Part shown: one piece after another, positions 1 through 9,015 of the stretch
Layout of the letters: every line of letters begins with the position of its first letter
How positions within the stretch are numbered: position 1 is the first letter of the stretch
Origin: Cucumibacter sp.
GTDB taxonomy: Bacteria > Pseudomonadota > Alphaproteobacteria > Rhizobiales > Devosiaceae
NCBI GenBank assembly: GCA_040881985.1
Contig: JBBECE010000033.1
Location: 4,692 to 68,691, forward strand
Direction: 5' to 3'
DNA length: 64,000 nucleotides
Made by a program: the position numbers and the translations under genes
Notes under the pieces: model-generated
What the model was told of the DNA's origin: nothing
What the model saw: only the letters and a program-made list of their open reading frames with translations
Databases searched by the model: none

Positions 1-141
1 GACGAAGCGGACATTGTCGAGCCCGAAGCCGGCGGCGAGATTGCGCATGTCGGCGGGCGAGCCGCCGCGGCCATGGGCGAGGACAATTGCCAGGTCGGGA
101 TGATCGCCGACGACCCATTCTTCGGGGCGAGCTTCGTGCAT
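1..141 (-). CDS. alpha/beta hydrolase (carboxylesterase/dienelactone-hydrolase-like), N-terminal part only; continues beyond the window
   Basis: Own translation of the minus strand from ATG 141..139 gives MHEARPEEWVVGDHPDLAIVLAHGRGGSPADMRNLAAGFGLDNVRFV. It has an HG-x-GGS oxyanion-type motif. It starts 9 nt after the ALDH stop on the same strand. It is absent from the ORF track because it runs off the edge. Confidence 0.5.
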   Translation of the reverse strand, partial: MHEARPEEWVVGDHPDLAIVLAHGRGGSPADMRNLAAGFGLDNVRFV

Positions 142-150
142 GGGCGAAAC

Positions 151-1611
151 CTAGCCGCCTGGCTTCTGGTGGTTGAAGATCACGGTCTTGGCGACGGTGA
201 ATTCCCTCAGCGATTCCATGCCCTTCTCGCGGCCGTGGCCGGAGTGCCTGAAGCCGCCGAACGGCAGTTCAACGCCGCCGCCGGCGCCGTAGCCGTTGAT
301 GAAGACCTGGCCGGCGCGGATCGCCTTGGCCATGCGCATCTGGCGGCCGCCGTTCTCGGTCCACACCCCGGCGACAAGGCCGAAGGCGGTCCCGTTGGCG
401 ATGCGGATGGCATCGTCTTCATCCTTGAAGGGAATGGCGGCGAGGACCGGGCCGAAGACTTCCTCCTGGGCGAGCATGTGATCTGGCGGGACGCGATCAA
501 GCAAAGTCGGGGCGATGTAAAATCCGCTTGCCGGAGCGCGCGGATCGAGCGTGCCGGTGGCGACCGTGACGATCTTGTCTTGTTTGGCGCGGGCGAGGAA
601 TTTCTCAACGCGGGCTTTCTGCTCGGCGGAAATCAGCGGGCCGCAATCGAGATCGAGGTTGTGCGGGCCGGTCTTCAGCGCCCGGAAGCGGTCCCCCAGC
701 ACTTTCATGAATTCGGGATAAATTTTTTCTTCGATCAGCGCCCGGCTGCCGGCCGAGCAGGTCTGGCCGGCGTTCTGGACGATGGCGTTAACGATGGCGT
801 CGGTCGCGCGATTCAGGTCGGCGTCGGCGAAAACGATCTGCGGCGACTTGCCGCCGAGTTCGAGGACGCACGGCACGTGGTTCCTGGCCGCGGCCTGCTG
901 GACGAGCGTGCCGACTTCCGGCGAGCCGGTGAACGACAACAGATCGATGCCGGGATTGGCGGCGAGCGCGGCGCCGGATTCCTCGCCGAGGCCGGTGACA
1001 AGATTGAGCGTGCCCGGCGGCAGGCCCGCCTCGGCGAAGAGCTCGGTCATGCTGATGGTGCTCAGGCAGGCTTCCTCGGCGGGTTTGACGACGACCGCAT
1101 TGCCGGCGGCGAGTGAGGCAGCAACGGTGCGCGCGAACATTTGCGCCGGATAATTCCACGGAATGATGTGGGCGGTGACCCCGCGCGGCTCGCGCAGCAC
1201 CATCACCTGATAGCCGGTGAGAAACGGGATGGTATCGCCCATGATCTTGTCGGCGGCCCCGGCATAGAATTCGAAATAACGGGCGGCGACCGCGATGTCG
1301 TTCCTGGCTTGTTTCATCGGCTTGCCGGCATCGCGCGCCTCGAGGTCGGCGAGCTCGCCGGCGTTGGCAAGGATCAGCGCGCTCATTCTTCCGAGTGCCC
1401 GGCCGCGTTCGACGGCAGTCGTAGCGCCCCATTTGCCCTCGAAGGCGGCGCGCGCCGCGGCGACTGCGCGATCGATATCGGGCGCGGTGCCGCGGGCGAT
1501 CTCGGCGAATTGTTTGCCGTCGGACGGGGCGATCATCGCGATCGTCTTGCCCGAGGCGGGGGCGACCCATTTGCCGTTGATGAAGTTGAGAGGTCTTGGA
1601 TATGCCGACAT
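151..1611 (-). CDS. NAD(P)-dependent aldehyde dehydrogenase
   Basis: 486-aa ORF with ALDH hallmarks: VLELGGKSP, catalytic Cys in GQTCSAGSR, FTGSPEVG and EEVFGPV. It fills the locus; the antisense 347-aa ORF is low-complexity. Confidence 0.95.
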   Translation of the reverse strand: MSAYPRPLNFINGKWVAPASGKTIAMIAPSDGKQFAEIARGTAPDIDRAVAAARAAFEGKWGATTAVERGRALGRMSALILANAGELADLEARDAGKPMKQARNDIAVAARYFEFYAGAADKIMGDTIPFLTGYQVMVLREPRGVTAHIIPWNYPAQMFARTVAASLAAGNAVVVKPAEEACLSTISMTELFAEAGLPPGTLNLVTGLGEESGAALAANPGIDLLSFTGSPEVGTLVQQAAARNHVPCVLELGGKSPQIVFADADLNRATDAIVNAIVQNAGQTCSAGSRALIEEKIYPEFMKVLGDRFRALKTGPHNLDLDCGPLISAEQKARVEKFLARAKQDKIVTVATGTLDPRAPASGFYIAPTLLDRVPPDHMLAQEEVFGPVLAAIPFKDEDDAIRIANGTAFGLVAGVWTENGGRQMRMAKAIRAGQVFINGYGAGGGVELPFGGFRHSGHGREKGMESLREFTVAKTVIFNHQKPGG

Positions 1612-1676
1612 GAACGTCTCCTCGCAGCCCTAGACAAATCGGGACGGCGGGCAAGTCAAGGGGTGGGCCTGATCTC

Positions 1677-1773
1677 ACCTCCCCCAGAAAGGGGAGGTCG
1701 GCGCGCAGCGCCGGGAGGGGGTTGAACTCGCCCGATCAACCCCCGCCCTACCCTCCCCCTTTCTGGGGAAGGG
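1677..1773. repeat. GC-rich palindromic intergenic element (three hairpins), REP-like
   Basis: Hairpin 1: cctcccc/ggggagg (1678-1684/1691-1697). Hairpin 2: gggggttga/tcaaccccc (1717-1725/1736-1744). Hairpin 3: ccctccccc/ggggaaggg (1751-1759/1765-1773). Hairpins 1 and 3 are inverted copies sharing ccccagaaagggg. The element lies between the ADH stop and the ALDH start. Confidence 0.55.
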
Positions 1774-2934
1774 TTAGGAGAGATCCCCCGCCATCGCCCG
1801 GTCGAAGATTTCCAATGCCAAGTCGCGGGTGAGTTTAAGCGGATTACCGCCGGCGGTCGGATCGAGGATGGCCATATCGGCGATCTCCTCGCGCCGGCCG
1901 GCGGGAATTTTGAAGTCGGCCAAGGTATGGGGCACCTTCAGCGCGGCGCGGAGCGAAAGCGTCGCCTCGAGGAAGGCGTCGAAGGAGGACTTGAGGCCCA
2001 GATATGCCGCGAGCCGCCCGATCCGCGCCTCGATCGCGGCGCGGTTGACGACCAGCACATAGGGCATGAAGACGCCGTTGGTCGTGCCGTGATGGGTCTC
2101 GTAGAGGGCACCGACCGGGTGCGACAGCGAGTGAATCGCCCCCAGCCCCTTCTGGAAGGCGGCGGCGCCCATGGCGGCGGCGGCCATCATGTTGCCGCGC
2201 GCCTCGAGGTTTTTGGGGTCGGCAAAAACCTTCGGCAGATTCTCGAAAACCAGGCGAATGCCTTCCACCGCGATGCCGTCGGCGATCGGATGAAAACCGG
2301 GCGAGCAATAGGCTTCGAGGCAATGGGCGAGCGCGTCCATCCCGGTGCCGACGGTGATGGAGGGCGGCATGCCGACGGTCAGTTCGGGGTCGGCGATGAC
2401 GATTTTTGGCATCATCAGCGGATGGAAGATGACCTTCTTGGTGTGGGTCGCTTCGTTGGTGATGACCCCGGCGCGGCCGACTTCCGAGCCGGTGCCGGCG
2501 GTCGTCGGCACGGCAATAATGGGCGCGATGGCTTTCGGGTCGGCGCGGGTCCACCAGTCGCCGATATCCTCGAAGTCCCACATCGGGCGGGTCTGGCCGG
2601 CCATGAAGGCGATGACCTTGCCGGTGTCGAGCCCCGAGCCGCCGCCGAAGGCGATGACGCCGTCATGGTCGCCGCTGCGGAAGATGCTGAGGCCGGCCTC
2701 GACATTGGCGGCGACCGGGTTGGGTTTGACGTCGGAGAAAAGTTTGACCGGAACACCGGCGGCGGCAAGGAGATCGAGGGTCGCCTGGGTGACCGGGAGC
2801 GTCGCGAGCCCGGCATCGGTGACAAAAAGCGGCCGCGAGATGCCGGCGACTTTCAGCGCCTCGGGCAGTTCCTTGATGCGGCCGGCGCCAAAGCGCACCG
2901 AAGTCGGATAGTTCCAGTTGGCGGAGATGGGCAT
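1774..2934 (-). CDS. iron-containing (group III) alcohol dehydrogenase
   Basis: 386-aa ORF with a typical Fe-ADH layout: GGGSGLDTGK nucleotide loop and His-rich metal region (HCLEAY, HSLSHPVG, THHG). Confidence 0.93.
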   Translation of the reverse strand: MPISANWNYPTSVRFGAGRIKELPEALKVAGISRPLFVTDAGLATLPVTQATLDLLAAAGVPVKLFSDVKPNPVAANVEAGLSIFRSGDHDGVIAFGGGSGLDTGKVIAFMAGQTRPMWDFEDIGDWWTRADPKAIAPIIAVPTTAGTGSEVGRAGVITNEATHTKKVIFHPLMMPKIVIADPELTVGMPPSITVGTGMDALAHCLEAYCSPGFHPIADGIAVEGIRLVFENLPKVFADPKNLEARGNMMAAAAMGAAAFQKGLGAIHSLSHPVGALYETHHGTTNGVFMPYVLVVNRAAIEARIGRLAAYLGLKSSFDAFLEATLSLRAALKVPHTLADFKIPAGRREEIADMAILDPTAGGNPLKLTRDLALEIFDRAMAGDLS

Positions 2935-2945
2935 TTTGTCCCCGG

Positions 2946-4310
2946 TCAGGAACGCTCGAAGCCGCGCATCAGTTCCCAGTCGGTGACGCGGCGGTCATAT
3001 TCGAACTGTTCCCATTCGGCGGTGTGAAGGTAATGTTCCATCACCGCCTCGCCGAACGCCTCGTGCAGCATTTTCGATTTGCGCATGGCGGCAATCGCGT
3101 CGCGCAGGGTTTTCGGCACCTCGCGCAGCCGTTTGCCCTGATAAGCGTCACCCGAAAAGGCCGCTTCGAGCTCGCGCTTTTCCTCGATTCCGTCGAGGCC
3201 GGCGGCGAGCAGCGCCGCGAAGGCGAGATAGGGATTGAGATCGGCGCCCCCGATCCGGCATTCGACGCGGACGGATTTGGTCGAGCCGCCGACGAGCCGG
3301 AAGCCGGCGGTGCGGTTGTCGTGGCTCCAGATCGCCTTGGTGGGCGCGAAGGTGCCGACCTGGAAGCGCTTGTAGGAATTGACGTAGGGCGCGAGGAACC
3401 AGGTGATTTCCTGGGCGTGGGCGAGAAGCCCGGCCATGAAATGCCGCATCGTCTGCGACATGGCGTGCTCGGCCTTGGGGTCGTAGAAGACATTCCTGCC
3501 CGAGGCGTTGGCGAGCGACATGTGGATATGGCTCGAATTGCCGGCCAACCCATAATTCCATTTGGCCATGAAGGTCACGGCTTTGCCCTGGGCCGAGGCG
3601 ATTTCCTTGATCGCGGTCTTCAGGATCGTGTGGCGGTCGGCCATTTCGAGGGCTTCGGCGTAGCGGATATTGATCTCCTCCTGGCCGGGACCCCATTCGC
3701 CCTTGGAGTTCTCGACCGGAATGCCCGAAGCGTCGAGATGGCGCCGCACGGCGCGCATCACCGCTTCTTCCTTGGTGGTCTGGAAGATGTGGTAGTCCTG
3801 GATGTAGTAGCCGGCGGTGGTAAGCCCGGAATAGCGCTTGTCGAAGGCGGCGCGGTAGGAATCGTCGAAAAGATAAAATTCAAGCTCGGAAGCGAAGTTG
3901 GCGGTGAGCCCCATCGCCTCGAGCCGCTTCAACTGGGTGCGCAGGATGCCGCGGGGGCTGTGCGGGATGGGATGGCGGTGGTGATGGTCGAGGACGTCGG
4001 CGAGGACCAGCGCGGTCCCTTCGAGCCAAGCGGCGCGGCGCAGCGTTGAAAGGTCGGGCTTCAGGACGAAGTCGCCGTAGCCTTTTTCCCAATTGGCGGC
4101 CCGATAACCGGGCACCGGCTCCATGTCGATGTCGTTGGCCAAAAGGTAATCGCAGCCGTGGGTTTCCTCATGCGCGGACTCGAGGAAATACGTGGCGTGG
4201 AACCGCTTGCCGATCAGCCGGCCCTGCATGTCGGGGAAGGCGACGAGGACGGTGTCGATCGTGCCCTTGGCGACATCGGCCTTGAGCGCCTCGAGCGAAT
4301 AGGCCGCCAC
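2946..4310 (-). CDS. glutamine synthetase family protein (type I-like gamma-glutamyl-amine ligase, PuuA/GlnA4/IpuC-like)
   Basis: 454 aa with GS catalytic-domain signatures (FASELEFYLF, KGEWGPGQEEI, NSSHIHMSL, NRTAGFRL). It sits 11 nt upstream of the ADH in the same operon. Confidence 0.92.
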   Translation of the reverse strand: MAAYSLEALKADVAKGTIDTVLVAFPDMQGRLIGKRFHATYFLESAHEETHGCDYLLANDIDMEPVPGYRAANWEKGYGDFVLKPDLSTLRRAAWLEGTALVLADVLDHHHRHPIPHSPRGILRTQLKRLEAMGLTANFASELEFYLFDDSYRAAFDKRYSGLTTAGYYIQDYHIFQTTKEEAVMRAVRRHLDASGIPVENSKGEWGPGQEEINIRYAEALEMADRHTILKTAIKEIASAQGKAVTFMAKWNYGLAGNSSHIHMSLANASGRNVFYDPKAEHAMSQTMRHFMAGLLAHAQEITWFLAPYVNSYKRFQVGTFAPTKAIWSHDNRTAGFRLVGGSTKSVRVECRIGGADLNPYLAFAALLAAGLDGIEEKRELEAAFSGDAYQGKRLREVPKTLRDAIAAMRKSKMLHEAFGEAVMEHYLHTAEWEQFEYDRRVTDWELMRGFERS

Positions 4311-4384
4311 GATGGAAAACTCCTGCTACGGCGAATGAACGAACGGGGCCGCGGATCGCGCCGCGGCCCCGGATTTGCGCCGGC

Positions 4385-5884
4385 CTACTTCGCCTTGTGG
4401 GCCAGTGCGAACTCTTCCTCGGGCGAGAGGATGAGCCGGTTGCGGCCGACCAGCGCGAAATAAGCGATGCCGACGGCGAGCCAGACGATCACCCAGATGA
4501 CGCCCCGATAGAAGTTGGGGTCCTGCAGCTGGTAGTAGAGCGTCACCGCCGCGATGACGATCGTCACCCCCGCACCCCAATTGCCGAGCGGGGAGCGATA
4601 TGGCCGCTCGATATTGGGCAGGTTGCGGCGCAACAGGATGAAGCTGATCCCCTGGGCGATGTAGCTCAGCATGGCGCCGAACACGGCCATGTTGAGCAAG
4701 ACGCTGCCGATGATCGCCCCGCCCCCGGCGGCACCGTTGGCGAACCAGATGACCAGCATCACCGCGAGACCAAGCAGCGATCCGGCGATCATGGCAATGT
4801 GCGGGGTCTTGTACCTTGTGTGGGTCACCGACAGGGCCGAGGGGAAATAGCCCGCGCGGCTGAGAGAATAGACCTGCCGCCCCTGGGCGTAGAGGATGGT
4901 ATGGAACGAAGCGATCAGTCCGGTGAGTGCGACGAGGCCGAGTACGGTCACCCCGGTGGTGCCATAGACCGCCCGGAAGCCGTCGAGCAACGGCTCAAGC
5001 GAGGAGCCGAGCTTGAATGAGCCGACCCCGATCACCGAAGGGTTGAGCAAGACGATCATGAAGGCCGAGACGATGAGCGTCACCATGCCGAGGAGGATGC
5101 CGCGCGGCATGTCCTTTTTCGGGTCGACCGCTTCCTCGGCGGCGAGCGGCAACTGCTCGATGGCGAGGAACAGCCAGACCGCGAAGGGCAGCGTGGCGAG
5201 GACGCCCGAGAAGCCGAACGGGAACCACGAGCCGTTGCCTTCCGGCAATTCCACGGCCGTGCCGTCCGGCCCGACGCCGATATTCAGCGCCCAGCGGGAG
5301 AAATCCATGTTGGGGATGGCGCTGATCCAGAACACCACCAGCACCGCGAGCGAAATCAGGGTGACGACCAAGGTCACCCGGTAGCTCAAGGCAACGCCGT
5401 AAATGTTGAGCGCCAGGAAGACCGCATAGAAGGCGATCCAGATCAGCGGCGACCAGGCCGCATCGAGGCCGACGATCGAACTGAAATAGGCGGAAATGAA
5501 AGTGACGACGACCGCCGGAGTGATGACGTATTCGACGTTCTCGAACAGGCCGGTGATGAAGCCGCCCCACGGGCCCATCGACGAGCGGGCGAAGGAATAG
5601 GCGGCCCCCGTATGGGGCAGCGCCGGGCTCATCTCGGCGATGCAGAAGACCAGCCCCAGATACATGACGGCGATGATGGCGCCGGCGACGAGCATGCCGC
5701 CCCAGCCGCCGGTTGCGAAGCCGAAGTTCCACCCGGAGAAGTGACCGGAGATGACGGCGCCAACCCCCAGCGCCCAGAGGTGCCAGACCTTGGCGTAGCG
5801 GGTGAGCCCGCGCTTTTCGAAATAACCCTTGTCGCGGTTGGCATAGGTGACGCCGCCCGTCCCCTTTGGTGTTGCGTCGGTCAT
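4385..5884 (-). CDS. eat: ethanolamine permease (APC superfamily, EAT family)
   Basis: The ORF track gives 4385..6061. I place the start at ATG 5884 (MTDATPKG...), preceded by AGGAGGG. The N-terminal block YFEKRGLTRYAKVWHLWALGVGAVISGHFSGWNFG and about 12 TM segments are typical of Eat permeases. Confidence 0.88.
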   Translation of the reverse strand: MTDATPKGTGGVTYANRDKGYFEKRGLTRYAKVWHLWALGVGAVISGHFSGWNFGFATGGWGGMLVAGAIIAVMYLGLVFCIAEMSPALPHTGAAYSFARSSMGPWGGFITGLFENVEYVITPAVVVTFISAYFSSIVGLDAAWSPLIWIAFYAVFLALNIYGVALSYRVTLVVTLISLAVLVVFWISAIPNMDFSRWALNIGVGPDGTAVELPEGNGSWFPFGFSGVLATLPFAVWLFLAIEQLPLAAEEAVDPKKDMPRGILLGMVTLIVSAFMIVLLNPSVIGVGSFKLGSSLEPLLDGFRAVYGTTGVTVLGLVALTGLIASFHTILYAQGRQVYSLSRAGYFPSALSVTHTRYKTPHIAMIAGSLLGLAVMLVIWFANGAAGGGAIIGSVLLNMAVFGAMLSYIAQGISFILLRRNLPNIERPYRSPLGNWGAGVTIVIAAVTLYYQLQDPNFYRGVIWVIVWLAVGIAYFALVGRNRLILSPEEEFALAHKAK

Positions 5885-6253
5885 CAGTCCCTCCTGTGTG
5901 GCCCCATTAGGCTTGTTGTTTTGCCGGTGCCGGGCGGACGCCCCTTGAGCGCGCCCGAGCCACCATGCCAGAGAGGCCGCCCGAAGGGTCGCCCCGCCTG
6001 GTTCGAAAATCCCGTTGCGTTGGCGAAAGGAGACTCGCCGGACGGCGAGCACTGGCCTCAAACTCCACCATTAATCCCCCGCACGCGGGTCGCCGCGTCG
6101 GCGCCCGCATCCGTGCCCGCCAGCCCCTGCAGCGGGTGCGCGGATTGTTAACAACCAGTTGATTGGCTTTTTATCCGCCTGTCAAATTCCGGGCGAGCGC
6201 TTTCCCGGCCATTGTGGACAATTGACCCGCGGTCAGTAGCGCTGTGGTCGCGT

Positions 6254-8314
6254 TCAAGCGGCGTTGCGGCCGAACTTGCTCATGACCGGCTCGGCCAGCC
6301 GGCCGGTCAACTCAGCCAGATGATCGAATTTCTGCACGAAGCTGCCGACCCCGGCGGTCGCCGAGCGCAGCTCGACGATCAGGTCCTGGATCTCGGCCTC
6401 GGGGACCATGGCGCGCACCTGGTCCCAGCCGTCCCAACCGTGGCGGGCATCGGTGCCGAGAATCTGGCCGCGGCGACTGGAGAGGATCGCGTTGATCCGG
6501 GCGGTCGCATCGGACGGGCAGAAGACCGTCACGTCGAGGACGGGCTCCAAGAGGACCGGCGAGCACTCCGGCATGCCCTCGCGCATCGCGATCTGGGCGG
6601 CGGCCTTGAACGCCATGTCGGAGGAATCCACGCTATGATAGGAGCCGTCGATAAGGGTCACCGACACGTCAACGACCGGAAAGCCGAGCGGCCCGGCGGA
6701 TGTCAGATAGTCGCGCACGCCGGTCTCGACGGAGGAGAAATATTGCTTCGGCACCGAGCCGCCGGTGACCGCCTCGGCGAACTCGATGCCGCGGCCGCGC
6801 TCGAGCGGCCTGATCTCGAGGATGACGTCGCCGAACTGGCCGTGGCCGCCGGATTGTTTCCGATGCCGGCCGTGCTGAGAGATCGGCTTGCGGATGGTCT
6901 CGCGGTAGCCGATCTGCGGGGGGGCGGTCGAGACCTGGATACCGTACTTGCCGGTCAGCTTTTCGAGGATCACCCGCAAATGCATTTCGCCCTGGCCGGC
7001 AAGGATGGTCTCGCCGGTTTCGGCCAGCTGCCGGACGCTGAGCGAGGGGTCTTCCTCAACGATTTTGGCGAGCGCGGCGGAAAGGCGCACGTCGTCCTTG
7101 CGCTGCATCGGGGAGACCGCCAACGACATCACCGGCTGCATTGCGGCGAGCGGGGCAAGATTGCGCTTTTCGCCGGTCATGGAAGCGAGAAAGAGCGTCT
7201 CACCGGTCTCGCCCGCCTCGACCTTACCGAGTCCGACGGTCTCGCCCGCCATTGCCTTGTCGCGCTTGCTTGTCTCCGCGCCCTGCAGACGGAAGAGGCC
7301 GGAAATCCGGCTTTCCGAGCCGTCGGGGGCGGCAAGAATCTGCCCGTCCTCGATCGCCCCGGCAAGGACCCGGCCGGCCGAGAGCTTGCCGCCATGGGCG
7401 GTGTGAAAGGTTTTCATCAGCTGGATCGCAGGCGAATTGGCATCGGCCAATCCAAGCCGGGCCCGGGTCTCGACGATCGTCGGGGCCTCGTGGCGGAGCG
7501 CCTTCAGCAGCCGCAGAATGCCATTGCCGTGCTCGGCCGAGCCGATGAAGACCGGGCAGATCAGCCCGTCGCGGAATTCACGCACCAGATCGGCGAAAAC
7601 CCGATCGGTCTCGGGGGTGCGGTCCTCGAGCAGTTCCTCGAGCAGCGCGTCGTCGAAATCGGCGACCTGTTCGAGCATGGCGAATCGCGCCTCGTGCTCG
7701 CGGGCGAATTCGCCCTCGGGGATGGGCACGATCTCGCTTTCGGCGCCCTCGCGGTAAACGTGGGCGCGCTCGAGAGCAAGATCGATAAAGCCAGTTACGG
7801 TGGTGCCGCTCCGGAGCGGGAGTTGCCGCAGGACCAGCGGGACGCTCGAGGCGGGCTGCAGCATTTTGAGGATTTCGCGGACGCTGCCCTCGGTCTTGTC
7901 CATCTTGTTGAGGAACAGCATGTGGGGAACGGCGCGACTTTCGAGGTCGCGCAGGATCACCTGCAGGGCCGGGACCTTCTTGGGTTCGGGTTCGGCGACG
8001 ACGATCGCCGCGTCAACCCCGCTGAGGATCGGGCGGCTTTCGAACTGGAACTCGACCGAGCCCGGGCAGTCGAAAAATGTATAGCGATCGCCGATGAATT
8101 CGGCGTCGGCGATGTTGACCTCGACGCTCATCCCATGGGCCCGGGCCTCGGCGGAGGCATCCCCGAGCGTGTTGCCTTCCGGCACGCGCCCCTGGCGCGT
8201 CACCGCCCCGGTTCGGGCGAGAATCGCCTCGAGCAAAGTGGTCTTGCCGCTGGCGAAGGGTCCGACGAGCGCAATGCACCTCGGACCCGAAAGTCTGCCG
8301 CCGTTTTCCGCCAT
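6254..8314 (-). CDS. elongation factor G-like translational GTPase paralogue
   Basis: ORF 6254..8602, with the start moved to ATG 8314 (MAENGG...; GGGAGG SD). It has a G domain (GPFASGKTT, DCPGSVEF, NKMD) followed by EF-G domains II-V (for example SGGHGQFGDV and the MAFKAAA block). Confidence 0.88.
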   Translation of the reverse strand: MAENGGRLSGPRCIALVGPFASGKTTLLEAILARTGAVTRQGRVPEGNTLGDASAEARAHGMSVEVNIADAEFIGDRYTFFDCPGSVEFQFESRPILSGVDAAIVVAEPEPKKVPALQVILRDLESRAVPHMLFLNKMDKTEGSVREILKMLQPASSVPLVLRQLPLRSGTTVTGFIDLALERAHVYREGAESEIVPIPEGEFAREHEARFAMLEQVADFDDALLEELLEDRTPETDRVFADLVREFRDGLICPVFIGSAEHGNGILRLLKALRHEAPTIVETRARLGLADANSPAIQLMKTFHTAHGGKLSAGRVLAGAIEDGQILAAPDGSESRISGLFRLQGAETSKRDKAMAGETVGLGKVEAGETGETLFLASMTGEKRNLAPLAAMQPVMSLAVSPMQRKDDVRLSAALAKIVEEDPSLSVRQLAETGETILAGQGEMHLRVILEKLTGKYGIQVSTAPPQIGYRETIRKPISQHGRHRKQSGGHGQFGDVILEIRPLERGRGIEFAEAVTGGSVPKQYFSSVETGVRDYLTSAGPLGFPVVDVSVTLIDGSYHSVDSSDMAFKAAAQIAMREGMPECSPVLLEPVLDVTVFCPSDATARINAILSSRRGQILGTDARHGWDGWDQVRAMVPEAEIQDLIVELRSATAGVGSFVQKFDHLAELTGRLAEPVMSKFGRNAA

Positions 8315-8580
8315 GGTTGTGCCTCCCGCTCGAGCCTTCAGCCGAACAGCACCGCCGCTGGCGCAAGACCCCAGCGCGGGCGTGCCCCTTCGGCGCCATC
8401 CTCGGTCAAAACCCCGGCCCCGACAAGCCGGCAGACGAGCGGACTGGCGCCGCAAGGCCGGCTGCGGAAGAATTTTCTCACGACGAATTGAATGCGGGGG
8501 CGCCCAACCGTTGTATGATCGCGCCAATGCCCGGCGCACGCCAATCCGGCGAACCGGCCGTACAGAGGAGGGAAGAACAG

Positions 8581-9015
8581 ATGAATCGGCTGGTCTCAGC
8601 ATTGCTGGCGGCGGCGCTGGCTCTCGGTCTCGCCGGGGTCGGGGTGGCGTATGCCAAGACGATCGCGCTTACGGCGGAGTTGTCCGGACTGAACGAGGCG
8701 CCCCCCAATGGGGTCGCCGCGACGGGCCTGGCGGAAGCCACGTTCGACACCGAATCCATGATCCTCGACTGGACGGTCACCTATGAGGGTCTGAGCGGGC
8801 CGGCGATCGGCGCCCATATTCACGGGCCGGTCGAGCCCGGCAGCAATGCCGGCATCTTGATCGAGTTCGACCCGATCGAGGTGAGCCCGATCACCGGGTC
8901 GGCGACACTGACCCAGGTCCAGGCAGCCGATCTGCTGGCGGGGCTGTACTATGTCAATCTGCATACCGCCGCCCATCCGGGCGGGGAGGTGCGCGGACAG
9001 CTGATCGCTCAATAG
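8581..9015 (+). CDS. secreted CHRD domain-containing protein
   Basis: ATG 8581 follows GGAGGG. Signal peptide MNRLVSALLAAALALGLAGVGVAYA. CHRD-like blocks LSGLNEAPPN, GAHIHGP and YYVNLHTAAHPGGEVRGQL. Confidence 0.85.
   Translation: MNRLVSALLAAALALGLAGVGVAYAKTIALTAELSGLNEAPPNGVAATGLAEATFDTESMILDWTVTYEGLSGPAIGAHIHGPVEPGSNAGILIEFDPIEVSPITGSATLTQVQAADLLAGLYYVNLHTAAHPGGEVRGQLIAQ

Noticed and set aside
73-1116. 347-aa ORF on the plus strand
   Set aside because: It is antisense to a clear aldehyde dehydrogenase. Its Gly/Ala/Arg-rich low-complexity translation is typical of shadow ORFs in GC-rich DNA.
6212-8491. 759-aa ORF on the plus strand
   Set aside because: It is antisense to the EF-G-like gene, and its translation has no recognisable domains. 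The same reasoning applies to 10722-12953 (+), 19673-21904 (-), 24808-27372 (+), 40148-41287 (-), 60169-62178 (-) and 62466-63545 (-).
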